A DNA stretch of 64,000 nucleotides from an uncultured Candidatus Saccharibacteria bacterium (GCA_964394925.1 CAYMZG010000005.1:26873-90872), one strand, 5' to 3'; shown: positions 1-9,317, counted from the first letter of the stretch. Numbers and translations are program-made. The notes: generated by a model not told the origin, from the sequence alone.

Positions 1-1
1 C

Positions 2-667
2 ACCGGTGGCATTGCTGGCATGCGCGCCAAAATAAAGTTCTTGCTGCATAGTTTGGTGGCAGTTGTTGGTGGCTGGTGGCTATTCGCTAAGCTCGGAGTC
101 GATACCATTAACCTCGGCTTTACTACGCTGTACGTTGGAGTGTTTATTGTGGCCATCTTCTGGTTTGTGGTGATCGCTACGGCCAATGCTGTTAATATCA
201 CCGACGGCCTTGATGGACTAGCGGGTGGTCTGTTGGCCTCCTCATTTGGGGTATACACCATTATTGCGGGGATAGAAGGGCAGTATGCTTTGGCCGGGTT
301 CTGCCTGGCGGTAGTGGGGGCGCTCCTCAGTTACACCTGGTTCAATATTTATCCGGCGCGCTTCTTTATGGGTGACGTTGGCTCGTTCGCTCTAGGCACA
401 GCACTGGGTATAATCGCCATTCAGACTAACACCATTTATGTACTACCAGTTATTGGTATCATTTATGTGGCCGAGACCGGTTCAGTGATTGTTAACCGTA
501 TGTCGAAGAAGCTTCGTCATGGCAAGAAAGTTTTCTTGTCATCACCGATTCACCATCACTTTGAGGCAATTGGTTGGCCAGAAACCAAAGTCACTATGCG
601 TTTTTGGATTATGGGTCAAGTAGCGAGCGTGATAGGCCTTATTATTTTCCTGCTTGGGAGGAAATAA
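2..667 (+). CDS. mraY: phospho-N-acetylmuramoyl-pentapeptide transferase MraY, N-terminus cut by window edge
   Basis: The frame is open from base 2. The translation has NAVNITDGLDGLA, FMGDVGS and PIHHHFE and is multi-TM. The stop abuts the next ATG (TAAATG). Confidence 0.9.
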   Translation, partial: TGGIAGMRAKIKFLLHSLVAVVGGWWLFAKLGVDTINLGFTTLYVGVFIVAIFWFVVIATANAVNITDGLDGLAGGLLASSFGVYTIIAGIEGQYALAGFCLAVVGALLSYTWFNIYPARFFMGDVGSFALGTALGIIAIQTNTIYVLPVIGIIYVAETGSVIVNRMSKKLRHGKKVFLSSPIHHHFEAIGWPETKVTMRFWIMGQVASVIGLIIFLLGRK

Positions 668-1927
668 ATGCGCCCGCGTTCAACGGCCCGCCGACAAGCA
701 GTCTACACCGATCAAACCGGGCAGCGACGCCATCGTCCGGACTATGTCTTAGTAATTCTATCGGCAGTTCTGCTGGTGATAGGCTTGATTGTCGTGTATG
801 CAATAAGCCCCGGGCTGGCCGCCCAGAAGCATGTTTCCGACGGCTATTTTGTAACCAAGCAGATAATAACTATAGTGCTTGGTGCGCTTAGTTTTGGGAT
901 CGTATCACAAGTTCCACTGTCGGTTTGGCGGCGCATGAGGATACCGCTGATCGTAATTGCGGTGATAGCAACCATGATTGCATTGGCTCTACCAGTGAGC
1001 CCGGAGTATCCGGCACACCGTTGGATTCGCTTGGGAGGACAATCATTGCAGTCGGTGGAGCTCATTAAATTTGCACTCGTTATTTGCTTATCATCTTTCC
1101 TGGCTGATCGCATAAAAGAGGGAACCATTCGCGATAGCAAAAAAACACTTCAGCCACTCATGATAGTTTTGGGTGTGATCGGCGTGATTGTGGCTGGCGC
1201 GCAGCGTGACCTTGGTTCAACCGGCGTACTTGTTGCCATGATGGCAGCCATGGCTTATGTGGCTGGGCTGCCCTTAAAGCGCGTGCTTATGATTGGTGGC
1301 ATTATTGCCATTGGTACCGTTCTGGCGGTCGCTTCTACAGGGTATCGACGTGATCGTGTTTTAACTTTTTTACATCCCGAACAGGATTGTCAGAATGCAG
1401 GCTACCAAGCTTGCCAAGCGCTTATTGCCGTTGGCTCGGGCGGTGTGATTGGCAAGGGTCTCAGCCATGGCGCGCAGGCGTACGGTTATCTGCCTGAGGC
1501 TTCGAACGACTCGATTTTTGCAATTATGGCCGAGAAGTTCGGCTTTGTGGGCGTGACGGTTCTGATTGCCTTGTTTATGGCCTTATTTACACGAATCAAA
1601 AACATCATGGAACGGGCGCCCGACGACTTTTCGCGTTTAATGGTAGCCGCTGTCTTGGCTTGGTTGAGCACGCAGACTGTTATTAATATTGGCGCCATGA
1701 TCGGGTTGCTGCCACTAAAAGGTATTACATTACCGTTTATCAGTGCAGGTGGTACAAGCGTAATATTCGTGACGGCTGCTCTTGGTTTGGTGTTCCAGGT
1801 ATCACGCTACACAACCTATGGTGTAGCCGAAGAATTGCAGACGCCCGATACTCAGCCAACGGCCCGTAAAACAACACAGCCCAATGAACGAAGGACTTAT
1901 GAGTACAACAGACCACGCAGCTCATAA
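668..1927 (+). CDS. ftsW: SEDS-family peptidoglycan glycosyltransferase / cell division protein FtsW
   Basis: Multi-TM protein with GQSLQSVELIKF, PEASNDSIFA and LPLKGITLPFISAGGTS. It lies between mraY and murG. Confidence 0.85.
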   Translation: MRPRSTARRQAVYTDQTGQRRHRPDYVLVILSAVLLVIGLIVVYAISPGLAAQKHVSDGYFVTKQIITIVLGALSFGIVSQVPLSVWRRMRIPLIVIAVIATMIALALPVSPEYPAHRWIRLGGQSLQSVELIKFALVICLSSFLADRIKEGTIRDSKKTLQPLMIVLGVIGVIVAGAQRDLGSTGVLVAMMAAMAYVAGLPLKRVLMIGGIIAIGTVLAVASTGYRRDRVLTFLHPEQDCQNAGYQACQALIAVGSGGVIGKGLSHGAQAYGYLPEASNDSIFAIMAEKFGFVGVTVLIALFMALFTRIKNIMERAPDDFSRLMVAAVLAWLSTQTVINIGAMIGLLPLKGITLPFISAGGTSVIFVTAALGLVFQVSRYTTYGVAEELQTPDTQPTARKTTQPNERRTYEYNRPRSS

Positions 1928-3074
1928 GCCCATCGTAGTATTAACAGGTGGTGGCACGGGCGGTCATATTACGCCCATTTTGGCGGTTGCCCACGAACTG
2001 AAACAGGCCTCCAGCCAACCAACGACAATTTACATTGGTGAGAAGGGCGGGGCATTCAAAGAGTTAACCGATACCAACCAGGATATTGATCAGAGTTACA
2101 GTATACGAGCAGGCAAGCTGCGACGTTATCACGGCGAATCGTGGCTTACCAGATTGTTTGACGTTAAGACGAACCTACTTAATCTTCGCGATTTATTTTA
2201 TGTACTTGCGGGCGCTTGGCAAGCTTGGCGTTTACTGGGCAAGATCAGGCCATCGGTCGTTTTTCTAAAAGGTGGCTTTGTAGGTGTGCCTGTTGGCATT
2301 GCGGCTGGCCTGCGAAAAATTCCCATTGTCACGCATGACTCGGATGTTATCCCCGGTCTTGCTAACAGATTAGTCAGCCGATGGGTGAACGTACATGCCA
2401 CCGCGCTACCAGCCAACATGTATGCATATCCGAAACACAAGGTTGTGCAAGTAGGGGTCTTGGTTGAGCACTCATATAAACACGTTTCGCCGACTGATGC
2501 TCGTGCATATCGTGAACAGCTTGGTTTACCGGCAGGTGCCCAGATAGTGCTCATTACTGGGGGGAGTTCGGGGGCACAGCGGCTTAATGAGGCGGTACGT
2601 CAGATGATGCCAAAACTTCTGTCGACTTTCGAAGACTTGCATGTGATACATCAAGTTGGCAAGGGCAAACAAGCCGTTTATGACGGCTACAAGCATGATC
2701 GATTGCAAGTATTGGAATTCTTGCGACCAATGTATTTGTACATGGGGGCTGCTGATGTGGTCGTAGCCCGCGCAAGCGGTAATACAATTGCAGAGCTTGG
2801 CGTGCAAGGCAAAGCTAGTATCGTGGTGCCCAGCCCATTTTTAACCGGTGGCCATCAGCTCGAAAACGCGAAGCGCCTGCAGCAGCAGGGGGTTGCGCTG
2901 GTAGTGCAAGAGGCTGATATGTTAAGCGATACCACTGGCTTATTGCCAAGTATAGCGATGTTGTTGCGTGACGAAACCCAGCGAGACAAGCTGGCCAAGG
3001 CGCTGCACAAAGAAGCGATTACCGATGCTGCGGCTCGACTTAGCAAGGTTTTGCTAGAACAGGTGAGTTCATAG
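1884..3074 (+). CDS. murG: UDP-N-acetylglucosamine--N-acetylmuramyl-(pentapeptide) pyrophosphoryl-undecaprenol GlcNAc transferase MurG
   Basis: GGGTGGHITP G-loop, GGSSGAQ and GGHQLENA motifs. An alternative ATG lies at 1899. The gene overlaps the ftsW 3' end. Confidence 0.9.
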   Translation: MNEGLMSTTDHAAHKPIVVLTGGGTGGHITPILAVAHELKQASSQPTTIYIGEKGGAFKELTDTNQDIDQSYSIRAGKLRRYHGESWLTRLFDVKTNLLNLRDLFYVLAGAWQAWRLLGKIRPSVVFLKGGFVGVPVGIAAGLRKIPIVTHDSDVIPGLANRLVSRWVNVHATALPANMYAYPKHKVVQVGVLVEHSYKHVSPTDARAYREQLGLPAGAQIVLITGGSSGAQRLNEAVRQMMPKLLSTFEDLHVIHQVGKGKQAVYDGYKHDRLQVLEFLRPMYLYMGAADVVVARASGNTIAELGVQGKASIVVPSPFLTGGHQLENAKRLQQQGVALVVQEADMLSDTTGLLPSIAMLLRDETQRDKLAKALHKEAITDAAARLSKVLLEQVSS

Positions 3075-3992
3075 ATGTTTCGGCGAAAGAAACAAACACC
3101 AGACAGCTCACCGCAGCGCCGATCGCCAAACGGTAGTGGTCCGCCAGTCTTTTCCTATTACGCCAGAGCCGGATCGAATACTGGGCAGAATGTCGGTCGA
3201 AGCGTAGAACGTGAAGAAGCCAAGCCTGAGCGCCGTACGATACGTTCACGAATCGGTAGTCTACCATCGGTGCTTGCACTGTTGTTTATGTTTGCAATCA
3301 TCTTCTATTCACTTTGGATCCAGCCATCGCCAAAGGTCGTTGTATTGGCCCAGCAGGGTACAATTTATCAAGACACAACAGCCTACCAGAAGGCTATACA
3401 TAATGCGTGGTCATCGCGCTTTGGCAATCAGTTCAAGATGAGTGTTGATGCAGAAGCACTAGAGAAGCAAATTGCCACTGCAGTACCAGATGTGGCCGCT
3501 GTGCAGGTTCAGTTGCCATTGCTCGGTCGAAAGCCTACGGTCGTATTGACCCCAGGAAAGCCCGCGCTCGAACTCATTACTACAAATGGTGGATTCTTTG
3601 TTGATAAGTCGGGCAAAGTGATGGCACGTAGTAGCGATGTAAAACAGAACCAACTCCAAAACGTGCCAACCGTACAAGACGAATCAGGCATCAAGGCTGA
3701 ACCTGGTAAAACTATACTTACGGTAGAACAAGCATCTTTTATACAGAGCCTCGCACGCCAACTGGCCGCCGAAGGCTTAAGCGTGCAGTCGATGTCATTG
3801 CCATCAAATGCCGCCAACCAAGTAGATGTGCGTATTAATGGCCAGAATTACTATATTAAGTTTGCTACAACAGGGGAGGCACGCCAGGCGGTCGGAACAT
3901 ACCTTGCTGCCAGGTCAAAATTTGCAGCCGAGGGTATTGCTCCTGCAGAGTATGTCGATGTACGGATCGACGAGAAAGTATTCTACAAGTAA
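3075..3992 (+). CDS. ftsQ: FtsQ/DivIB-like cell division protein
   Basis: Starts directly after murG (TAGATG junction). It has a basic N-terminus, one TM segment (LPSVLALLFMFAIIFYSLWI) and an extracytoplasmic domain. The family call rests mostly on context. Confidence 0.55.
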   Translation: MFRRKKQTPDSSPQRRSPNGSGPPVFSYYARAGSNTGQNVGRSVEREEAKPERRTIRSRIGSLPSVLALLFMFAIIFYSLWIQPSPKVVVLAQQGTIYQDTTAYQKAIHNAWSSRFGNQFKMSVDAEALEKQIATAVPDVAAVQVQLPLLGRKPTVVLTPGKPALELITTNGGFFVDKSGKVMARSSDVKQNQLQNVPTVQDESGIKAEPGKTILTVEQASFIQSLARQLAAEGLSVQSMSLPSNAANQVDVRINGQNYYIKFATTGEARQAVGTYLAARSKFAAEGIAPAEYVDVRIDEKVFYK

Positions 3993-4073
3993 TCACCCCT
4001 ATTCCACTCCCCGCTAGTTCGCAAATTGTTCATGTATTTGTATTCTCAAAAAAACTATACAAACATACAAAAG

Positions 4074-4188
4074 TAGGGGAATGTCAAAAAAACATATATA
4101 AACTAACAGAATAGGGGAAAGTCAAATAAATTGGCCAGGATCCATGAAAAAGTAAATGTTTTCACGACATTGCTGTGGAAAAGTCAAA
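4074..4188. repeat. three direct copies of a 15-nt motif T[A/G][G/T]GGAA[T/A]GTCAAA in an AT-rich spacer
   Basis: Copies at 4074-4088, 4112-4126 and 4174-4188. They lie inside a 560-bp ORF-free AT-rich gap between convergent genes. Confidence 0.35.
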
Positions 4189-4576
4189 CTTTGACAATTA
4201 TCACAACAAGCACTTCCGTGGTTGGCGAAAGTAACCGCGAATAAAATAACACGGTGCGTATATAACAGGTGTTAGTCGTGCTTAAACTTACGTAATGATG
4301 CCGCCAAGCCAAAATAGTCCCCTGTAGGGCCATATAGACATTCAACCTATAATACTAATTACCGCGTCGCAAAATATACATTGTGCGACATCTTTGTGTG
4401 TTCGCAATGTGGTCTCCTGCTGCGTTATCATAATTGGCTTTTTGATCTGGTTTTCTTGTATTTATGTACATGTACATTATCTTTACCTACTCTGCTTGCA
4501 TCGGTTGATTTTTCTTCCTCAGGATGATTGTTATTTCCAACATTCTTGATGATTAAAATGTTCGCAAAATGTACGT

Positions 4577-5392
4577 TTACTTGTAGATTATTTCAATGAT
4601 TCTTGGATAGGTATCTGCTTGTTTCTCACTTTCTAAGGCGCGTTTTTCCATCGGTAAATGATTATAGAGCCAGTAGTGCGTTGGCGCTCCTATTGTTCTA
4701 CTTAAGGCTGCTCTTCTTTCGCTTGTACCCATACATGCGCTGATAGCACAGGCTACAGCAACTATGCCAGCCGAACGTTTGTAATTACGACGCAAGAGTA
4801 CGTTTGTGAGAGCTGCAGTGCATACTGCGCCCAAAAGAGGGGCGGTATTCACGCCCGTTTCGGCAAGCGGCATGAAGAAACTTCTAAGAACTGTGTCAGT
4901 GGTGTTAAGAATCTTTTTATACCAATCTGCGGTGTGCTGAAGTTCGTGTACAGCGGTTAATTGAAGGTCTTCTGGTTCATATATCCCCGAAATTTCTGCG
5001 GCTACTTCTGTGACATCAATCGCAGTTTCGCTGGTCTTAAAGCTGTCCCTAACCATTTCGTGATAGCGTTCCTCAAGCTTCGGATAAAACGCTATTACAT
5101 CCAGGCCGCCACCTAAGGATACTTCAACATGTACACCATCATCTTCTTCCTCTGTTGGGCCGGTAATTCCTTGTGTGACACAATCTTCATTAATAAAGCG
5201 ATCATCGTGCACGAGTTCGAAGTGGAGTCTACCTGAGCTTCCAGGGTTTAAGGTGTCCAGTATTTCCGAAATAGCCTCAGGCTTAACTTCGATGGAGGCT
5301 ATCTCTGGATGCCTGTCGACAACTTGTTTAAGTTGAATATCACAGCTTAAACTTACTTCCCACCCCTGAGAAGGCTTGGCGTGAGGCGACAT
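4577..5392 (-). CDS. hypothetical membrane protein with HExxH motif (putative zinc metallopeptidase-like)
   Basis: 271-aa ORF with AVHELQHTADW (HExxH) followed by two hydrophobic segments. It sits 6 nt downstream of the preceding gene on the same strand. Confidence 0.55.
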   Translation of the reverse strand: MSPHAKPSQGWEVSLSCDIQLKQVVDRHPEIASIEVKPEAISEILDTLNPGSSGRLHFELVHDDRFINEDCVTQGITGPTEEEDDGVHVEVSLGGGLDVIAFYPKLEERYHEMVRDSFKTSETAIDVTEVAAEISGIYEPEDLQLTAVHELQHTADWYKKILNTTDTVLRSFFMPLAETGVNTAPLLGAVCTAALTNVLLRRNYKRSAGIVAVACAISACMGTSERRAALSRTIGAPTHYWLYNHLPMEKRALESEKQADTYPRIIEIIYK

Positions 5393-5398
5393 GGATGA

Positions 5399-6430
5399 TT
5401 ATTCTGCGAGAGCGTAAGTAGCTTTAGCCACGCGCTTAAACTGTGGCTTGCCCTGGAGATTCAATAAAATAGTGGTTTCTTTGACGTAGCGGCTCTTAAG
5501 CACTTCTTTAACGATCTCGTCGCGGTGCATTGGCTTGCCTGACTTCTTGAGAACGTCGCTGATAACGTCGGCCACGGTGCCTTTTTCGTAGCCCCATTCC
5601 TTGAGGGCGTAAATGCCACGACCAATGAGTACGAAGCGCTTATCTTTGATAAGTTCGTTATGGATGGCCTGAGTGGTCACATCTTTGCGCTTAAAGTCAG
5701 AGTCTTTAATAGCAGCGGCAATTTCGTTAAAGTGCATCTGCTTGCCATTTTCTTTGAGAATAACGTAGATTTTGTCGCGAATGTTCTTAGGATTGACCAT
5801 GGGCCACTTTACAAGGCCCCAGCGGCCATTAAGGGTAGCCAGTTGCTTGCTGGTGCTCGCAAGGGCTTGCGCGTGCTTTACGCTATCCATCTTGGCTTCT
5901 GTGGCGATGGCATCAATGCTGGTCGGCTCACCAATTGCTTTTACGGCGGCGATAATCTGCTCCACGAGCTTCTTAATCTTCTTCTCATCATGAACAGCAG
6001 CAAGACCCACGCTGTGGAAGTAATAGTCGTTATCGTCGATAACTACCAGCTTTGGTGCCAGTTGTGCTAAGAAGGAGATACGTGCCTGGTCAAGTCGACT
6101 ATTCTCTTTGCTGAAGTGTGAGCTGAGCTCGCTAACGCGTGCTACATTTCCCATGTTGCCAAGAAGTTCTACGAGGGCATCTTGAACCATTTCGATGTGT
6201 GGTAGCTGACCGGCGGTTGCATTCGTCTTAAGGCGTACAATGACGGCTTTTTCGAGTTGGCGGACACGTTCACGGGTGATACCAAGGAGTTCCCCGATTT
6301 GCTCAAGTGTTTCTTTGCGATCAAACAAGCCAAAACGACGTGCGATGATTTCCCGTTCTCGCTCCCTATCAATGGTGGCAAGTACGTCGGTGATAATCTT
6401 TTCTATCTGTAGTTTAGCTGTTTCAGGCAT
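5399..6430 (-). CDS. sigma-70 region-4-like HTH protein with C-terminal winged-helix (HARE-HTH-like) repeats
   Basis: The N-terminus, IARRFGL...TLEQIGELLGITRERVRQLEKAVIVRL, resembles sigma-70 region 4.2. The C-terminal segments HFNEIAAAI...RFVLIGRGIYALKEW and MHRDEIVKEVL resemble HARE-HTH (inference). Confidence 0.6.
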   Translation of the reverse strand: MPETAKLQIEKIITDVLATIDREREREIIARRFGLFDRKETLEQIGELLGITRERVRQLEKAVIVRLKTNATAGQLPHIEMVQDALVELLGNMGNVARVSELSSHFSKENSRLDQARISFLAQLAPKLVVIDDNDYYFHSVGLAAVHDEKKIKKLVEQIIAAVKAIGEPTSIDAIATEAKMDSVKHAQALASTSKQLATLNGRWGLVKWPMVNPKNIRDKIYVILKENGKQMHFNEIAAAIKDSDFKRKDVTTQAIHNELIKDKRFVLIGRGIYALKEWGYEKGTVADVISDVLKKSGKPMHRDEIVKEVLKSRYVKETTILLNLQGKPQFKRVAKATYALAE

Positions 6431-6668
6431 CGGTAGTCTGTCCTTCCCTACCCTTAAATACTATAGAAATCTTATATAATTGTAAAACATATGAACAAAA
6501 AGTCAATACATTTATGATATAAAGTACAATTTTATGCATTTACATGCTTTGCAAACATATTTTAGCATGAAATAGACTACTGTGCCTGAATTGTGATGTA
6601 GAAATATCACCGTAAAACAACTTGCAACCTGTGCAACTTGTGGATAAACCTATGTGATGCGTGCAAAC

Positions 6669-8954
6669 TTACTTGGACTTGCGGCGAATGACGCGTTTCT
6701 TCTTATCAGGGGCTTTGTCGATGAGGGCTTTGGCGTCGGCCTCTGTTAATGTCTTGGGGTCAGTGGCTTTCGGTATGCGGGCGTTCTTCTTGCCGTTGGT
6801 AACATACGGGCCATACGGGCCATTCACAATACTGATGCCGCTGTCGAACTGTGCAATGTACTTGTTGGCTTCTTTTTCGAGCTTGGTGGCGTAGAGCTCG
6901 CGGGCCTCTTCTTCGGTAATCTTCATGGGGTCATGCGGTTTGATAGATACATAGAGCTTGCCGACCTGCACATAAGGCCCAAAGCGACCGATGTTGGCTT
7001 TCATATCTTGGCCATCTTCGGTTTTGCCAACCAAACGAGGCAGCTTGAACATTTCCAGGGCTTCTTCAAGTGTAATGGTGGTAAGCTGGGCCCCATCTGG
7101 CATGGGGGCAAAATCTGGCTTTTCTTCGCTTTCGGTTTCACCGCGCTGCAACATTGGTCCAAAACGACCATAACGGGCCATGATTGGCTTGCCGTTGCTG
7201 GGATCGTGCCCCAGGAGGCGGGCCTGGCTTGTTTCCTCGCGGCTCACGTTGGCCGAGGCTTCGATCAGCGGGTGGAAATCTTTATAAAAACCCGCCAGCA
7301 TGGTTTGCCACGCTTCCTTACCTTCGGCAATATCGTCAAATTCTTGCTCAACATTGGCGGTAAAGTCGTAGTCCAGGATATGCGCAAAGTGTTTCACAAG
7401 GAAATCAGTGGTTACTTCAGCCACAGGGGTGGGTAGCAGCTTGGAGCGGTCGGCGCCGTAGTTTTCTTCCTCGGTGGTGGTAGTTATGCTGTCCTTCTCG
7501 AGCGTTAGGCGTGTAACGTTACGGGTGGCGGCTTCGATGTCGGCTTTTTCAATGTAGCCGCGGCTCTGAATGGTGCTGATCGTTGGTGCATAGGTACTTG
7601 GTCGGCCAATGCCGAGCTCTTCGAGCTTGCGAACTAAGCTAGCTTCGCTGTAGCGCGCTGGTGGCCGGCTGAACGTCTCAGTGGCGGTCATGCGTTTGAG
7701 ATCGAGGGTTTGTCCTTGAGTGAGCGGCGGTAATATAGTGTCGTCCTTGCTGCCACCATACACCTTATAAAAACCATCGAAGCGCAGAATTTCACCCTTG
7801 GCAGCAAAGGTCTCTGTGCGGTTGCTCATGGCGATGGTAACATCGGTGCGGCTCACTTCAGCGGCGGCCATTTGGCTGGCCAGCGCGCGCCGCCAGATGA
7901 GGTTGTATAGCTTCTTTTGCTGTTCATCGGCGCCAGCGGCAGTGGTTTCGAAATTGGTGGGGCGAATGGCTTCGTGGGCTTCTTGGGCACTACTGTTTTT
8001 GGTCTTGTACTGGCGGACCTGGTGGTATTCTTTGCCATAGGTTTTGGCAATGTAAGTTTCGGCCGCTTTAATGGCCTGCCCAGATAACACCGTGCTGTCA
8101 GTACGCATATAGGTGATCTGACCACTTTCGTATAAGCGTTGGGCCAGTGTCATGGTTTGCTTAACACTAAAGCCTAAGCGTCGCGAGGCCTCTTGCTGGA
8201 GCGTACTGGTAGTGAATGGTGCCGAGGGATTGCGACTGCCTGGTTTGAGCGAGATATCTGACACGGTGTAGGCTGCGTCTTTGGCATCGTTCAGGAACTT
8301 CTCGGTATTTGCTTGATCTTCAAACCGCACACTGAGCTCGGCATCGAGCTCTGATCCGTCTGCAAGGAAGGTGCCAATTACTTTGTAGTCGCTGGTGCTT
8401 TCAAAGGCTTTGATTTCGCGTTCACGTTCAACAATGAGGCGAACGGCGACTGATTGCACTCGCCCGGCGGATAGACCGGTACGGACCTTTTTCCAGAGCA
8501 CGGGGCTGAGTTCATAGCCTACCAAACGGTCCAGGATGCGACGAGCTTGCTGGGCATCAACCAGCTTAAGGTCAACCGTGCGGGGCTTGGCAACAGCGTT
8601 CTCGATAGCCGGCTTAGTAATCTCATGAAACACAATGCGCTTGGTTTTCTCTGGGTCAAGATCAAGTGCCATGCAGAGGTGCCAGGCAATCGCCTCTCCT
8701 TCGCGGTCTTCATCGCTGGCGAGCCAAACGGTAGCATCCTTGGCGGCGGTCTTTAGCTCTTTTATGACCTTCTTTTTGTCGGCAGGAATTTCGTAGGTAG
8801 GCTGAAAACCCTTCTCAACATCAATGCTAATGCCTTTTTTAGGGAGGTCGCGGATGTGTCCAAAGCTGCTTTTAACGGTGTAGTCCTTGCCCAAGAACTT
8901 CTCTATGGTCTTGGCTTTGGCCGGACTTTCCACGATTACTAGGTTTTTTGCCAT
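6669..8954 (-). CDS. topA: DNA topoisomerase I
   Basis: Toprim N-terminus LVIVESPAKAKTI, active-site region GQITYMRTDS, 761 aa. Confidence 0.95.
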   Translation of the reverse strand: MAKNLVIVESPAKAKTIEKFLGKDYTVKSSFGHIRDLPKKGISIDVEKGFQPTYEIPADKKKVIKELKTAAKDATVWLASDEDREGEAIAWHLCMALDLDPEKTKRIVFHEITKPAIENAVAKPRTVDLKLVDAQQARRILDRLVGYELSPVLWKKVRTGLSAGRVQSVAVRLIVEREREIKAFESTSDYKVIGTFLADGSELDAELSVRFEDQANTEKFLNDAKDAAYTVSDISLKPGSRNPSAPFTTSTLQQEASRRLGFSVKQTMTLAQRLYESGQITYMRTDSTVLSGQAIKAAETYIAKTYGKEYHQVRQYKTKNSSAQEAHEAIRPTNFETTAAGADEQQKKLYNLIWRRALASQMAAAEVSRTDVTIAMSNRTETFAAKGEILRFDGFYKVYGGSKDDTILPPLTQGQTLDLKRMTATETFSRPPARYSEASLVRKLEELGIGRPSTYAPTISTIQSRGYIEKADIEAATRNVTRLTLEKDSITTTTEEENYGADRSKLLPTPVAEVTTDFLVKHFAHILDYDFTANVEQEFDDIAEGKEAWQTMLAGFYKDFHPLIEASANVSREETSQARLLGHDPSNGKPIMARYGRFGPMLQRGETESEEKPDFAPMPDGAQLTTITLEEALEMFKLPRLVGKTEDGQDMKANIGRFGPYVQVGKLYVSIKPHDPMKITEEEARELYATKLEKEANKYIAQFDSGISIVNGPYGPYVTNGKKNARIPKATDPKTLTEADAKALIDKAPDKKKRVIRRKSK

Positions 8955-8960
8955 TAGCTT

Positions 8961-8988
8961 TTAGTATACCTCATTCTTATATATGCAA
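8961..8988 (-). promoter_or_regulatory. possible topA promoter giving a leaderless or near-leaderless mRNA
   Basis: On the minus strand: TTGCAT (8983-8988), 16 nt, TACTAA (8961-8966), then 6 nt to the ATG at 8954. No SD is visible. Confidence 0.3.
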
Positions 8989-9040
8989 ATGGTAAGACTA
9001 ATTGAAAATAGGAAGAATTGCAACTACTACGTTCTGCCGC

Positions 9041-9110
9041 GGAGTTCGGAAAGCCGCCAATGGAATAATTGTTCTTGGCTTTCCTCCGGCAAGAATAGCC
9101 GAGCCTCCGC
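9041..9110. repeat. conserved 70-nt intergenic element, copy 1 (upstream of topA)
   Basis: Aligns without gaps to 10931-11000 with 54/70 identities. Hairpin GGAAAGCC (9048-9055) / GGCTTTCC (9077-9084). Confidence 0.7.
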
Positions 9111-9143
9111 TTGCGGAACGAAGTAGTTTGCACCCCATTTAGT

Positions 9144-9314
9144 TTAGGAGTTGTAGAGTTTGTAGCCGATGAAGATGCCAACGATTGAGCCGACCGCGCT
9201 AATGAGGATGCTCCAGAGACCCAGCATATTGCCATGGTCAAGCACACTGCCAATTGCACCACCAACGAGCCCGCCAACGATAATGCCAATCCAAACACAG
9301 GTCTTTAGCCCCAT
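9144..9314 (-). CDS. small glycine-rich two-TM membrane protein (GlsB/YeaQ/YmgE-like), 56 aa, below the ORF-track cutoff
   Basis: Hand translation gives MGLKTCVWIGIIVGGLVGGAIGSVLDHGNMLGLWSILISAVGSIVGIFIGYKLYNS*. The ATG lies 3 nt after the stop of the upstream gene. Confidence 0.5.
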   Translation of the reverse strand: MGLKTCVWIGIIVGGLVGGAIGSVLDHGNMLGLWSILISAVGSIVGIFIGYKLYNS

Positions 9315-9317
9315 GCG

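Noticed and set aside
6639-6647. Perfect DnaA box TGTGGATAA downstream of topA as an oriC indicator
   Set aside because: A single 9-mer match is expected roughly once by chance in 64 kb on two strands. There is no cluster of boxes, no dnaA or dnaN, and no AT-rich unwinding element pattern next to it.
8954-9298. 114-aa minus-strand track ORF between topA and the repeat-protein gene
   Set aside because: It reads through the conserved non-coding element and overlaps, in another frame, the much more convincing 56-aa membrane peptide. It has no RBS and an odd composition.
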